Shown here: positions 1 through 8,019 of the stretch, one piece after another
Position numbering within the stretch: position 1 is the stretch's first letter
How the letters are laid out: every line of letters starts with the position of its first letter
NCBI GenBank assembly: GCA_964510585.1
Contig: CAZECW010000162.1
Span: forward strand, 1 to 24,531
Length of the DNA: 24,531 nucleotides
Reading direction: 5' to 3'
Source: an uncultured archaeon
Lineage (GTDB): Archaea; Asgardarchaeota; Jordiarchaeia; Jordiarchaeales; Jordiarchaeaceae
Made by a program: the position numbers and the translations under genes
The notes under the pieces: model-generated
What the model was told of the DNA's origin: nothing
The model's input: the letters and a program-made list of their open reading frames with translations, nothing else
The model's database searches: none

Positions 1-240
1 GAACGATTTCCAGGCCTCGTTGTTCTTCCTCTGGATTTGCTGGGCGGTTGCGGAGCCAATTATACCTTTATACTTGTTGTAGAGGTCGCGGCTCTCCCAG
101 TTGATTTTGCCCTTGAAGAAAGATTGCCTGCGACGATAGTTGAGTTCGTTCCACAGTCGGGCGCATGCATCTGCGATCTCCAACAGTTGCCTGTGTTGTT
201 TTTTCGTTGGGGCGAGTGCAAACGTGTTTGTACGCTTCAT
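1..240 (-). CDS. tnpB: TnpB RNA-guided endonuclease, N-terminal 80 codons only (missing from the ORF track because it runs off the window)
   Basis: Reverse complement of 240..1 reads MKRTNTFALAPTKKQHRQLLEIADACARLWNELNYRRRQSFFKGKINWESRDLYNKYKGIIGSATAQQIQRKNNEAWKSF, a typical TnpB N-terminus (RxLWN..NY; SATAQQ..AWKSF). The ATG lies 2 nt after the tnpA stop. Confidence 0.9.
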   Translation of the reverse strand, partial: MKRTNTFALAPTKKQHRQLLEIADACARLWNELNYRRRQSFFKGKINWESRDLYNKYKGIIGSATAQQIQRKNNEAWKSF

Positions 241-242
241 TC

Positions 243-631
243 TCACAACCTCGGTTGCGTTTCGATGTATTTCTGAATGGTTTTGTTCGACACGTTCCCC
301 GCTGTCGAAACGAGGTATGAGTCCGTCCAAAGTGACGGAAGCTTAAGCAGGTGGGGGAACTCCCGTCTTAAGTGGTGAGACGAGTGGCCCTTGAGCGCCT
401 TAACGAACTTGTGGGCTGGAAGCTGGGGATATGCAGATATGAACAGGTGAAGGTGGTCGGGTTGCACTTCTAGTGCCAGGATTTCCACGCCCTTCTCCTT
501 TGCCGCTTCTCTCAGGATTTGCTCCAGCCGCATTTTTACCCCGCCCAAGAGGACTGGCTTTCTACGCTTGGGCACCAGACGAGGTGGTAGTTGATGAGAT
601 AGACCTGGTTTCGAGAATGCCGGTATTCCAT
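243..631 (-). pseudogene. tnpA: IS200/IS605 Y1 transposase TnpA with a 1-nt frameshift at 570-572
   Basis: ATG at 631 gives MEYRHSRNQVYLINYHLVWCP, then leaves frame. The ORF-track frame supplies KRRKPVL...PDHLHLF...SLWTDSYLVSTAG...IQKYIETQ (HUH motif and catalytic Tyr). Span is 389 nt, one short of 130 codons. Confidence 0.88.
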
Positions 632-666
632 CTATTGATAACCACAAATTTATCAATACACCAGCC

Positions 667-680
667 TATAAACTTTTTTT
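667..680 (-). promoter_or_regulatory. Putative BRE/TATA promoter of tnpA-tnpB
   Basis: - strand AAAAAAAG TTTATA (TATA at 672-667), about 35 nt upstream of the tnpA ATG. Confidence 0.5.
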
Positions 681-690
681 GGCGATTCAT

Positions 691-716
691 CCCCACGACT
701 TGAAGTCGGGGGCTTT
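691..716 (-). repeat. IS left-end subterminal hairpin with AAAG guide tetranucleotide
   Basis: + strand cccc(691-694) a cgact(696-700) tga agtcg(704-708) gggg(709-712). AAAG lies at 716-713 on the - strand. Confidence 0.9.
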
Positions 717-878
717 CTCGCCAACGGTTTTGTAAAGTGTGACCTTTTTAAGGGCAGTCTTTTATATGGAGTTATTTTTAATTAGAAGCACGGTTGAAAG
801 TTTAGTGTGGTTTGTCTTTAGGCTAAGGTTAAATTGAAACAAGCTCTTATAGTAACTGTTTTGGGTGAATCTGCTAAA

Positions 879-3512
879 ATGTCGAATTATGGTTGCGGCT
901 GCTTTGGTGAATGGATTGTTGACGAGTATGATTTGCCAGCCTATGAGTACACGTGTAATCATGAGGTGAATCCTGCGGCTCTGACCTTCACAACTCAGGG
1001 TGGCTCCCGTAAACATTGGCACCAGCTTGGAAATAGTCGCTTTAATGTTTTGGCTTATAATTCGGGTTTTGTGGAGGTTTTTGAGAATTCTAGGGGGCCT
1101 CAATGGTTAACTTATAGGAGTGAGAAGCAGAAAACTTTGGGCGGCGGAGTAGCTATTGTGTGTGAGGGGGACGATTGTTGGTGTGACCTTTTCTCGCAGA
1201 AGCTCCTCAAGGAGGGGTACCGCCGAATTTTTGGCATGGGCTACTTCCGAAAAGTTTCGAATCACAATAATCTATGTTTGGACCATATTGTGTTTACCCC
1301 GGTGTCGGATGATCCTGTGGTTGTTTCTGAGGTTACAGTTAGGAATGAGTCTAATCGGGCCAGGACTATTACGCTTTTTAATTATTGGGGGATTAATCTG
1401 CGGTATGTTTCAGAGTCCCTAATTTATACATGTGGAAAAAGGAAGGAGTATGGTGTTTCCTTATTGAACTGGTTGGGTAGAATCTATGGTTTTCTGCGTC
1501 ACCTCTTTTTATGTGACACCGAGCAGGGGCGTACGTCCTTCTCTGAAAAATTTGTTTATCATACGGAGTACGATGCAGAGAGGGGGTTGCTTATTCTTGT
1601 TCCAGAGTATCGGGGCAGAAAGCCACCAAGACAAGTTCCCTCTCCAAGAAATTATTATCCGAAACCATTGTTTCTCAAACTGCTAAACGGTGAGGCCACC
1701 CTAGCGTTAAGTTCGGCTGAAGATTTTATGGATAAGCGGGGCAATTTTAAAATTAGTTTTTCTGATGCTCCTAAAACCATTGTGAAGAAAAGCCCTTGCC
1801 TATGCCTAGGAGTGAAGAGCACAATCCCTGGTAAAAGTTCACAAAAATTTACTTTCTTATTTGGCTACGCAGAAAAAAATGAAATATCGGGGCTCACCTC
1901 CAAATATGAGAAAAAGGAAGAAAGGAGACCTTTAAGTGAGAGTATTAGGGACTGGAAGAACCACATTTTAAAGTTTAGGGGTGGCGAGGATTGGGTTTCC
2001 CGTGAAGCTGCGTGGCACTCCTACTATTTTAAGAGTTCAACCCTTTACGATGAGTATTTTGAGAATCACTTTTTGCCTCAGGGTGGTGCCTATGTTTACC
2101 TTCAGGGTTTGCATGGGGGTCCCCGTGACTTCTCCCTATACACTGTTCCCATGACCTATTTGGATCCAGAACTGGCTAGGGAGATGCTGGAGTACGTTTT
2201 GCGCTGGATGAGGCCCAGTGGCGAGTTGGCATATTCCGGGAGCGGCTATGGTAGGCTTGGTGGAGCCGTTGTACATAACAGACCCTCTGACCATTACCTG
2301 TTCATACTATGGGCCATTACAGAATACATTTTTGCTACTCGTGACTTCAAATTTTTGGAAAGAAAGGTACCCTTCTATCCACGGGAGAAGGGTTTATTCT
2401 CAACAGTTGCTGAAAGGATGAAACTTTCTCTAAATTTTCTCTTTGAAGAAATTGGTTTCGGCGAGCACGGATTACTGAAGGTTGGGGATGGAGACTGGAA
2501 TGATGGAATCTCCCTTATGGTTCCCAATAGGAGTAGATTTCTTAAACACGGTGAATCGGTTTTTAACTCTGCACTCGCCCTCTACGTTCTTCCCAGAGTA
2601 ATCGATTTATTTAGAGAAATGGACTCCAATTTCTGCAAAATTCTACAGAAAAGGCTTGAATCCCTACGCAAAGCCTGTCTTGATTCTTGGAATGGAAGGT
2701 GGTTTTACCGAGCTTGGGATGGGGGCGGAAACCCTGTGGGTGGTGGAAACCTCTTCCTTGAGCCCGTTCCCTGGCTTCTTCTCTCGAAAGCCCTACCTGA
2801 AAAAATTGCGGGAAAACTTTTGGAAAACGTTTACGAAATACTGGATAGACCCTCTCCCTTCGGACAGTACCTCGTGTATCCCCCATTAAGAACTTTTCTA
2901 AACTATCTTGAGAAGGGCTGGGATGTTAATGGAGGAGTATGGTTTGCCATGAACTTCCTTCTCACCTGGGCATATGGAGTGTATGACCCGAAGAAGGCTT
3001 GGAACTCCCTCCTGAAAAACTCTATGGCCCACCACGCAGAGCTTTACCCGAACATTTGGTATGGTATATGGAGTGGCCCCGACGCCTATAACGCCGATTA
3101 CGCCAAGCGACCCGGTGAAACATATTACCACCTCCCAACACCTACAACCGACTTCCCTGTCATGAACCTCAACCTGCACGCCAATTTCCTCACAGCCCTC
3201 ATTAAACTCTGCGGCGTAGAACCAGACGCTGAGGGGGTGACCATTGCTCCCAAGCTGCCATTCCATAACTTTAGACTAAAAACACCCCTAGTTGAGCTTG
3301 AAATGCGAGAGTATGAAATTGAGGGCTCATATTCACCTATGTGTTCTGGGCCTTTCTGCCTCAAAGTTAAAAAGCCGAGTTACTGGCCACACCAGATTCG
3401 CTGCTATATTAATGGTAACCTTGTAAAATATGATTTAGTAGATTCCATAATTAAGGTGAATTTGAATGTTGATGGAAAGTTTAGATTCCGAATTGTTCAC
3501 ATCGCACCCTAA
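879..3512 (+). CDS. GH94-like (cellobiose-phosphorylase fold, GH36-type domain) glycoside phosphorylase/hydrolase
   Basis: Motifs GPRD, GDGDWNDG, GESVF, WNGRWFYRAW, LFLEP, NGGVW. ATG at 879 is preferred over the track start 834 because GGGTGA lies at 863-868. Confidence 0.75.
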   Translation: MSNYGCGCFGEWIVDEYDLPAYEYTCNHEVNPAALTFTTQGGSRKHWHQLGNSRFNVLAYNSGFVEVFENSRGPQWLTYRSEKQKTLGGGVAIVCEGDDCWCDLFSQKLLKEGYRRIFGMGYFRKVSNHNNLCLDHIVFTPVSDDPVVVSEVTVRNESNRARTITLFNYWGINLRYVSESLIYTCGKRKEYGVSLLNWLGRIYGFLRHLFLCDTEQGRTSFSEKFVYHTEYDAERGLLILVPEYRGRKPPRQVPSPRNYYPKPLFLKLLNGEATLALSSAEDFMDKRGNFKISFSDAPKTIVKKSPCLCLGVKSTIPGKSSQKFTFLFGYAEKNEISGLTSKYEKKEERRPLSESIRDWKNHILKFRGGEDWVSREAAWHSYYFKSSTLYDEYFENHFLPQGGAYVYLQGLHGGPRDFSLYTVPMTYLDPELAREMLEYVLRWMRPSGELAYSGSGYGRLGGAVVHNRPSDHYLFILWAITEYIFATRDFKFLERKVPFYPREKGLFSTVAERMKLSLNFLFEEIGFGEHGLLKVGDGDWNDGISLMVPNRSRFLKHGESVFNSALALYVLPRVIDLFREMDSNFCKILQKRLESLRKACLDSWNGRWFYRAWDGGGNPVGGGNLFLEPVPWLLLSKALPEKIAGKLLENVYEILDRPSPFGQYLVYPPLRTFLNYLEKGWDVNGGVWFAMNFLLTWAYGVYDPKKAWNSLLKNSMAHHAELYPNIWYGIWSGPDAYNADYAKRPGETYYHLPTPTTDFPVMNLNLHANFLTALIKLCGVEPDAEGVTIAPKLPFHNFRLKTPLVELEMREYEIEGSYSPMCSGPFCLKVKKPSYWPHQIRCYINGNLVKYDLVDSIIKVNLNVDGKFRFRIVHIAP

Positions 3513-3524
3513 CACGATAACTCT

Positions 3525-3824
3525 CTAGAATAACTCCTTAAGGCCGGCTGCAGCTGTGTAAGCGCTGCCTGCTCCACTTACGTATAAGGCTACCCTTAGA
3601 GTCTCAGCAATCTCATCTTTTGTGGCTCCAGCCCTCATTGCCAGCTTAGCGAGGGCTTTGACCCCCTGAACTGCTCCGTGAGAGGCATCTAGAGCCATGG
3701 CTATTAGAATTTTAATCTTACTGGGTAGTGCACCATCTTTGAAAGCGAAGGTTCGCATATTTTCTACTTGATTTCGGATTTCTGGATCTACTTTTTCAAA
3801 AATTTTCAAAGGATCTTCTGCCAT
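3525..3824 (-). CDS. Carboxymuconolactone decarboxylase (CMD/AhpD-fold) family protein
   Basis: 99 aa with GALPSKIKILIAMAL...A...GATKDEIAETLRVA pattern. Contains no Cys. Confidence 0.8.
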   Translation of the reverse strand: MAEDPLKIFEKVDPEIRNQVENMRTFAFKDGALPSKIKILIAMALDASHGAVQGVKALAKLAMRAGATKDEIAETLRVALYVSGAGSAYTAAAGLKELF

Positions 3825-4027
3825 CTATATCACCCCAATTTGCAAATTGGTTCCTTTGAAACTAGACTAATATGTGCCATGAAAAACTTTTTTCTTGAGG
3901 GTTGTAAAACATAAGCTGTTTTTATGGGTATCTTTGGTTCTATTTCATTTTGCAATGTGTTAATCTTGTTTACCTAGTAAAGCATTTCTTTCGTTGTAAT
4001 TTGATATTCGAATTTTTTTGAGAATGG

Positions 4028-4306
4028 TTAGCCGTACTCCCAAATGACGCCTGTGCCTCCTCTCGGATAACTGAATTCAATAGCATTAGACTCGCAGACC
4101 AGCCAGCAACTTCCACACTCTACACATTTTTCCACATATTTCGGAGAAATGAAAGCCTTACTCTTCTTTAGCTCCCAGAGTTCCATTGGACATATTTTGA
4201 CGCATCTTCCACATCCGGTACATAGAGCCTTATTGTGACGGATAAATTCCCCCGTCTCTCCACTACGCTTCACCAGTTTCCTCAAATCAGATTCACTCTC
4301 AACCAT
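4028..4306 (-). CDS. FixX-like 2x[4Fe-4S] ferredoxin
   Basis: CTGCGRCVKICP and CVECGSCWLVC, with C-terminal YPRGGTGVIWEYG typical of FixX. Starts 6 nt after the flavoprotein stop. Confidence 0.85.
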   Translation of the reverse strand: MVESESDLRKLVKRSGETGEFIRHNKALCTGCGRCVKICPMELWELKKSKAFISPKYVEKCVECGSCWLVCESNAIEFSYPRGGTGVIWEYG

Positions 4307-4312
4307 ACTTAT

Positions 4313-5704
4313 TTATCCCTCCGCCTCCAACTGTATACCCTTCCTCTTTTTGGCTCTGAGCCACATCCACCCCAACTTCAAAAGGCTTCTAAACAGGGGA
4401 ACCTGAGACTTGCGCAGCAAGGGATAAATGTAGCTTTTGACAAACTCCAAAATGAAGGAAGCGTCCTCCGAGTACCGGGAAATCTCTCTTCGGAGATTAC
4501 GTATGTGAGGATTTGACCAGCTCGCCCAGAACATTAAGTTATTGGCCAAGGGTGTAATCTTAGTCCATTGACGAGGATCGAAATAAATGCCCGCCCAGAA
4601 CTCCGCCCACTCCTTAGCCGCAGAGAATTCCTCACCTATAATAGAATTTTTCCATCTCTCCTCATAGACTCTCAAACCAGAAGCGGAAGTATCTCCTTTA
4701 GATATGGCTTCCGCAGCAACCTCAGCAGCAAGTTTTCCCGAAACCATGGCATAGTGAATACCCTCAGCCTCGAGGGGACAGGCAAACCCCGCTGCATCGC
4801 CCACCAGCATTATCCCACCACCATAAGTGTTTGTAGGCATCCTGGGCATCCAGGGAAGCAGGTGTGCGTGAAACTCTCTGGGCTTGGCTTGAAGCCTCTC
4901 AATAAATCTTTTCAGTGTACCGGAACTAATTACTCGTCTAAGATACTCGTAGGGTCGCTCCCCGAACCCCGAAGCAAATCTGCCCACCCACTGACCTAAA
5001 CCCACATGGAACCCTTCAGGCATCATAGCCACATAAGTGGCAGGATACAAAGGCGACACATAAACTTGGTTACAATATTCTTCAGCACCAATGAGTTCAT
5101 CCATCCTTTGCCTTGAGGCTTGGAAGTCACAGTCCACCACTAGGGTAATTTCATCCGGTCTCCACTTGTCTCGAAGCCCAGCTTGATAAGCTATCTTTGA
5201 GACAGCCCCATCCGCTGCGATGGTTACGTCTCCCTCCACTTTTTCGCCTTTATCGGTAATAATGCCTGTAACCTTTCCATGGGAATCTTTTAAGACTCCA
5301 CTTGCCAGGGTTGCTGTTCTTATCTCTGCACCGGCCTCGGAAGCCAACCCTGCTAGGAAGCGGTCAAAATCCCTACGGTACACGTCGAACTGGAAGAATT
5401 CTCGAGCCTCCGAGTACTCTGCTAAATCGCTGGTGGACCAGCGTATCATGAAGCGTTCCTCCAAATTCTCATCGAGCATATGCATGGATTGGTACTTGAT
5501 TTTTATGCCGGGTATGTTCATTTTTTTAATGAAATCAAAGTCGCGGAAAATTCTGGGGGCGAGGCCGCATCCGGAGGAAGACTTGTCGCCAATTTTTCTT
5601 CCACGCTCGATCATTATTGTTTTTAAGCCTTTTTCACTTGCAGTCTTCGCTGCTAGGGAGCCGCCGGGTCCGCCACCTACCACAACTACATCATACTTCG
5701 CCAT
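4313..5704 (-). CDS. FAD-dependent oxidoreductase, FixC / geranylgeranyl-reductase family
   Basis: VVVVGGGPGG Rossmann motif, TIAADG, MLVGDAAGF...EGIHYAMVSG. Followed by a FixX-like ferredoxin. Confidence 0.85.
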   Translation of the reverse strand: MAKYDVVVVGGGPGGSLAAKTASEKGLKTIMIERGRKIGDKSSSGCGLAPRIFRDFDFIKKMNIPGIKIKYQSMHMLDENLEERFMIRWSTSDLAEYSEAREFFQFDVYRRDFDRFLAGLASEAGAEIRTATLASGVLKDSHGKVTGIITDKGEKVEGDVTIAADGAVSKIAYQAGLRDKWRPDEITLVVDCDFQASRQRMDELIGAEEYCNQVYVSPLYPATYVAMMPEGFHVGLGQWVGRFASGFGERPYEYLRRVISSGTLKRFIERLQAKPREFHAHLLPWMPRMPTNTYGGGIMLVGDAAGFACPLEAEGIHYAMVSGKLAAEVAAEAISKGDTSASGLRVYEERWKNSIIGEEFSAAKEWAEFWAGIYFDPRQWTKITPLANNLMFWASWSNPHIRNLRREISRYSEDASFILEFVKSYIYPLLRKSQVPLFRSLLKLGWMWLRAKKRKGIQLEAEG

Positions 5705-5910
5705 TCTTACTCCTCTAGAGATTTTGATTTCCTAAAGTTTTTGTTAATGTTCATCTATAAGTTTATATCGTTTATTTTTTCATTATGTTTTTTACTTTTG
5801 CGTTCAAAATTTAAGGATGCGTCCTCGTATTTTTTGTGGTGCCAAATCTCCATTGGAAATTAAGCTTTATTACGCTAATGGCTTTTGATATGATAAACTT
5901 TTCAGATGAA

Positions 5911-5930
5911 AATAAAAAGGTTTATATAAA
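5911..5930 (+). promoter_or_regulatory. Putative BRE/TATA element in the divergent spacer 5705-6089
   Basis: AATAAAAAGG TTTATATAAA. TATA at 5921-5928 could be read on either strand. Confidence 0.4.
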
Positions 5931-6089
5931 CTATATTTCATAGTAATATCTCAGAACTCGCCAGCATTTGTGGGGTACCCAAACTTCATTATTTAATCTA
6001 CAAAAAAGATTTAAAAAAATAGATTATTTCGCAAAATCTTTCTGATCCAATCAAAAATTAGATTGATGGTGCAATAGGGGGTAAAGCTG

Positions 6090-7529
6090 ATGGTTTTAGC
6101 CTCTACCATTCCGAAAGAAATCTCAGAGGCTTTAGAGTCTCCTACCTTTTCCATCCACATTAAGGGTAGTGCAGGTACAGGCAAAACTACTATGGCTCTT
6201 GAACTGGTACGATATATGAATTGTCCCGCGATTTACTTGTCCACCCGTGTTTCTCCCAGTAGGCTTTATAACCAGTTTCCATGGTCTGAAAACTGCCTTC
6301 ACAAAGAAAACATTCTGGATGTGAACACCAGCTTGGACATTCAAACTAGGGAGGAGACTTTGTTTGAGTATGTTGATAGGCCGAGTTTCTTAAAAAATCT
6401 CTACTCTAGAGTTCTGGAAGCCAGGGGAGAACACCTGGCGATTATTGTGGATAGCGTGGATTATTTAAAGTCGAATCTTAGAATTCCGCAGGAAGATTTG
6501 AGTGTGGAACGGGACATCTTGGACATAGCAGAGAGGGTGGATGCAAATGCGATTTTCATAAGCGAAATATGTGAGGAAGGTAAGTTAGACTATCTTGTTG
6601 ACGGCGTTGTGAGGCTGGAGAGAGAAATTGTGAATGAAAGGCTTTTAAGAAAACTATACATTGAAAAGATTCGAAGAAATAAGATAGAGAACCCAATGTA
6701 TCTCTTTACACTCAAAGATGGAAGATTTAGGTGCTTCGAAAATGGTTTCCAGATAAACTTTGTATCCCGGGAAACTTCTAAGTTTGAGCAAAAAGAGGGG
6801 AGAAAAATTCCCACTTTAGTTCCAGAGCTGGATCAAATACTGGGCGGGGGCTTCGAAAAGGTGTCCTTCAACATCTTCGAGGTAGGGGAGAATGTGGGTA
6901 TAGCTCACTTCTATATTTTCAGCCCCATATTTTTTAACATTGTTCTTCAGGGTTATCCCCTTTTTAGTATACCTTCCAAATCCCTTTTTTCCATCGATGT
7001 AGTAAGAATGGTTCCTACATCTGACCTAAATGAAAAGATGTTGTCTACATTAGATGATGATTCTTTGAATCGTTTGAAGAAATGTTTTCATGTGTTTTTA
7101 ACTTCAGAAAATTATCCAAGTCCTACTGAATCTTATAATACACACTATTTGAAGGGACAAAATCCCGAAGAAGATCTTAATAACTTTATAGAATTGGCAA
7201 AAAAGGTGTTAGAAGAGGTTAAAGCCAAAACTCTGGTTGTCACCATGGCAAGTGACACCATGGAATATGTTTACGGACCAGAGGGTCTTTTAAAGATTAT
7301 ACAAACCTGGATGGAACGAATAGAAAAGCTCAATGGAATAATGGTTATGTTTCAATTCGGACATAAAACTTTAAGATTACCAACTCATTTGGCAAAATCC
7401 TACTTCAAATTGGAAAATATCGGTGGGAACATCGTGTTTTTTGGAGAAATTCCCAAGACCAAAATATACGTACCAAGTTTAAACATCTCCGAGAGAAGTA
7501 TACAAACCAGACTTTTATCCATAGAATGA
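6090..7529 (+). CDS. RecA-superfamily ATPase, RAD55/KaiC/GvpD-like, with two domains (second degenerate)
   Basis: Walker A GSAGTGKT, Walker B IIVDS, YLVDGVVRL and RKLYIEKIR. The second repeat starts IPTLVPELDQILGGG but has no Walker A. Confidence 0.72.
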   Translation: MVLASTIPKEISEALESPTFSIHIKGSAGTGKTTMALELVRYMNCPAIYLSTRVSPSRLYNQFPWSENCLHKENILDVNTSLDIQTREETLFEYVDRPSFLKNLYSRVLEARGEHLAIIVDSVDYLKSNLRIPQEDLSVERDILDIAERVDANAIFISEICEEGKLDYLVDGVVRLEREIVNERLLRKLYIEKIRRNKIENPMYLFTLKDGRFRCFENGFQINFVSRETSKFEQKEGRKIPTLVPELDQILGGGFEKVSFNIFEVGENVGIAHFYIFSPIFFNIVLQGYPLFSIPSKSLFSIDVVRMVPTSDLNEKMLSTLDDDSLNRLKKCFHVFLTSENYPSPTESYNTHYLKGQNPEEDLNNFIELAKKVLEEVKAKTLVVTMASDTMEYVYGPEGLLKIIQTWMERIEKLNGIMVMFQFGHKTLRLPTHLAKSYFKLENIGGNIVFFGEIPKTKIYVPSLNISERSIQTRLLSIE

Positions 7530-8019
7530 CCTTTAGAATAATCTCCATAGCGATCTAAATTCGCCCCATTTCTGCCTCTTATTTTTGGTTTTCCGAACTG
7601 GCAGGGGAATTCTACAAAATATTTCCTTAAAACGAAGTTAGACAAAAACTAAATTCCAAGCCATAATAGCTCCATGATATTAGAATATTATTAGTTCTTA
7701 TTAGAAAAGAATCCCTATTTTTCATTGACACAAAAAGTTTTTGGCGCATTTTTAAAGGTCTAGAGCATACTTGGAGACAAAAGTTTCCCAAAAAAGGTTT
7801 AGGCTCCAACCGAAAAGAAACGCAAAAAAGGCTTCTTTGAGCAAAAAGAGGAATAATAAGACAGATTAAAAACCACACAGAGAAGCCATCTAAAGCCAAA
7901 CCAAAGCATTCTCCAACCACTTGCAGAAAAACTTTCATTCTTCGCACAATGCAATTGCAGTATCAAAAGTCAGAGACCCATCCTCTGACTCTGAAGGTTC
8001 TCAGTTGAAGGGATAATAT

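Larger units (their letters stand above)
1..731 (-). mobile_element. IS200/IS605-family insertion sequence (tnpA then tnpB in tandem), runs off the left edge of the window
   Basis: On the - strand: TTAC, then AAAACCGTTGGCGAG, AAAG and the hairpin CCCCCGACTTCAAGTCGTGGGG, followed by tnpA and tnpB. This layout mirrors the IS608 left end as I recall it, which places the boundary at 731. Confidence 0.92.

Noticed and set aside
565-580. Programmed ribosomal frameshift in tnpA
   Set aside because: No X XXY YYZ slippery heptamer at the site (TGC CCA AGC), and Y1 tnpA genes are not known to need one. Mutation or assembly error is simpler.
37-703. + strand ORFs 37..276, 140..346 and 473..703
   Set aside because: Antisense shadows of tnpB/tnpA with no recognisable motifs.
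5965-5985. GGGTACCC palindrome in the divergent promoter region
   Set aside because: Only 8 bp, not extended by flanks and not repeated. Expected by chance.
6090-7529. Circadian KaiC or gas-vesicle gene
   Set aside because: The second domain lacks a P-loop, KaiC EE and phosphosite motifs are not evident, and there are no kaiAB or gvpA neighbours.
7627-7947. 106-aa - strand ORF in the ATPase/nadE spacer
   Set aside because: Low-complexity F/L-rich translation of an A-rich + strand, no RBS, no motif.
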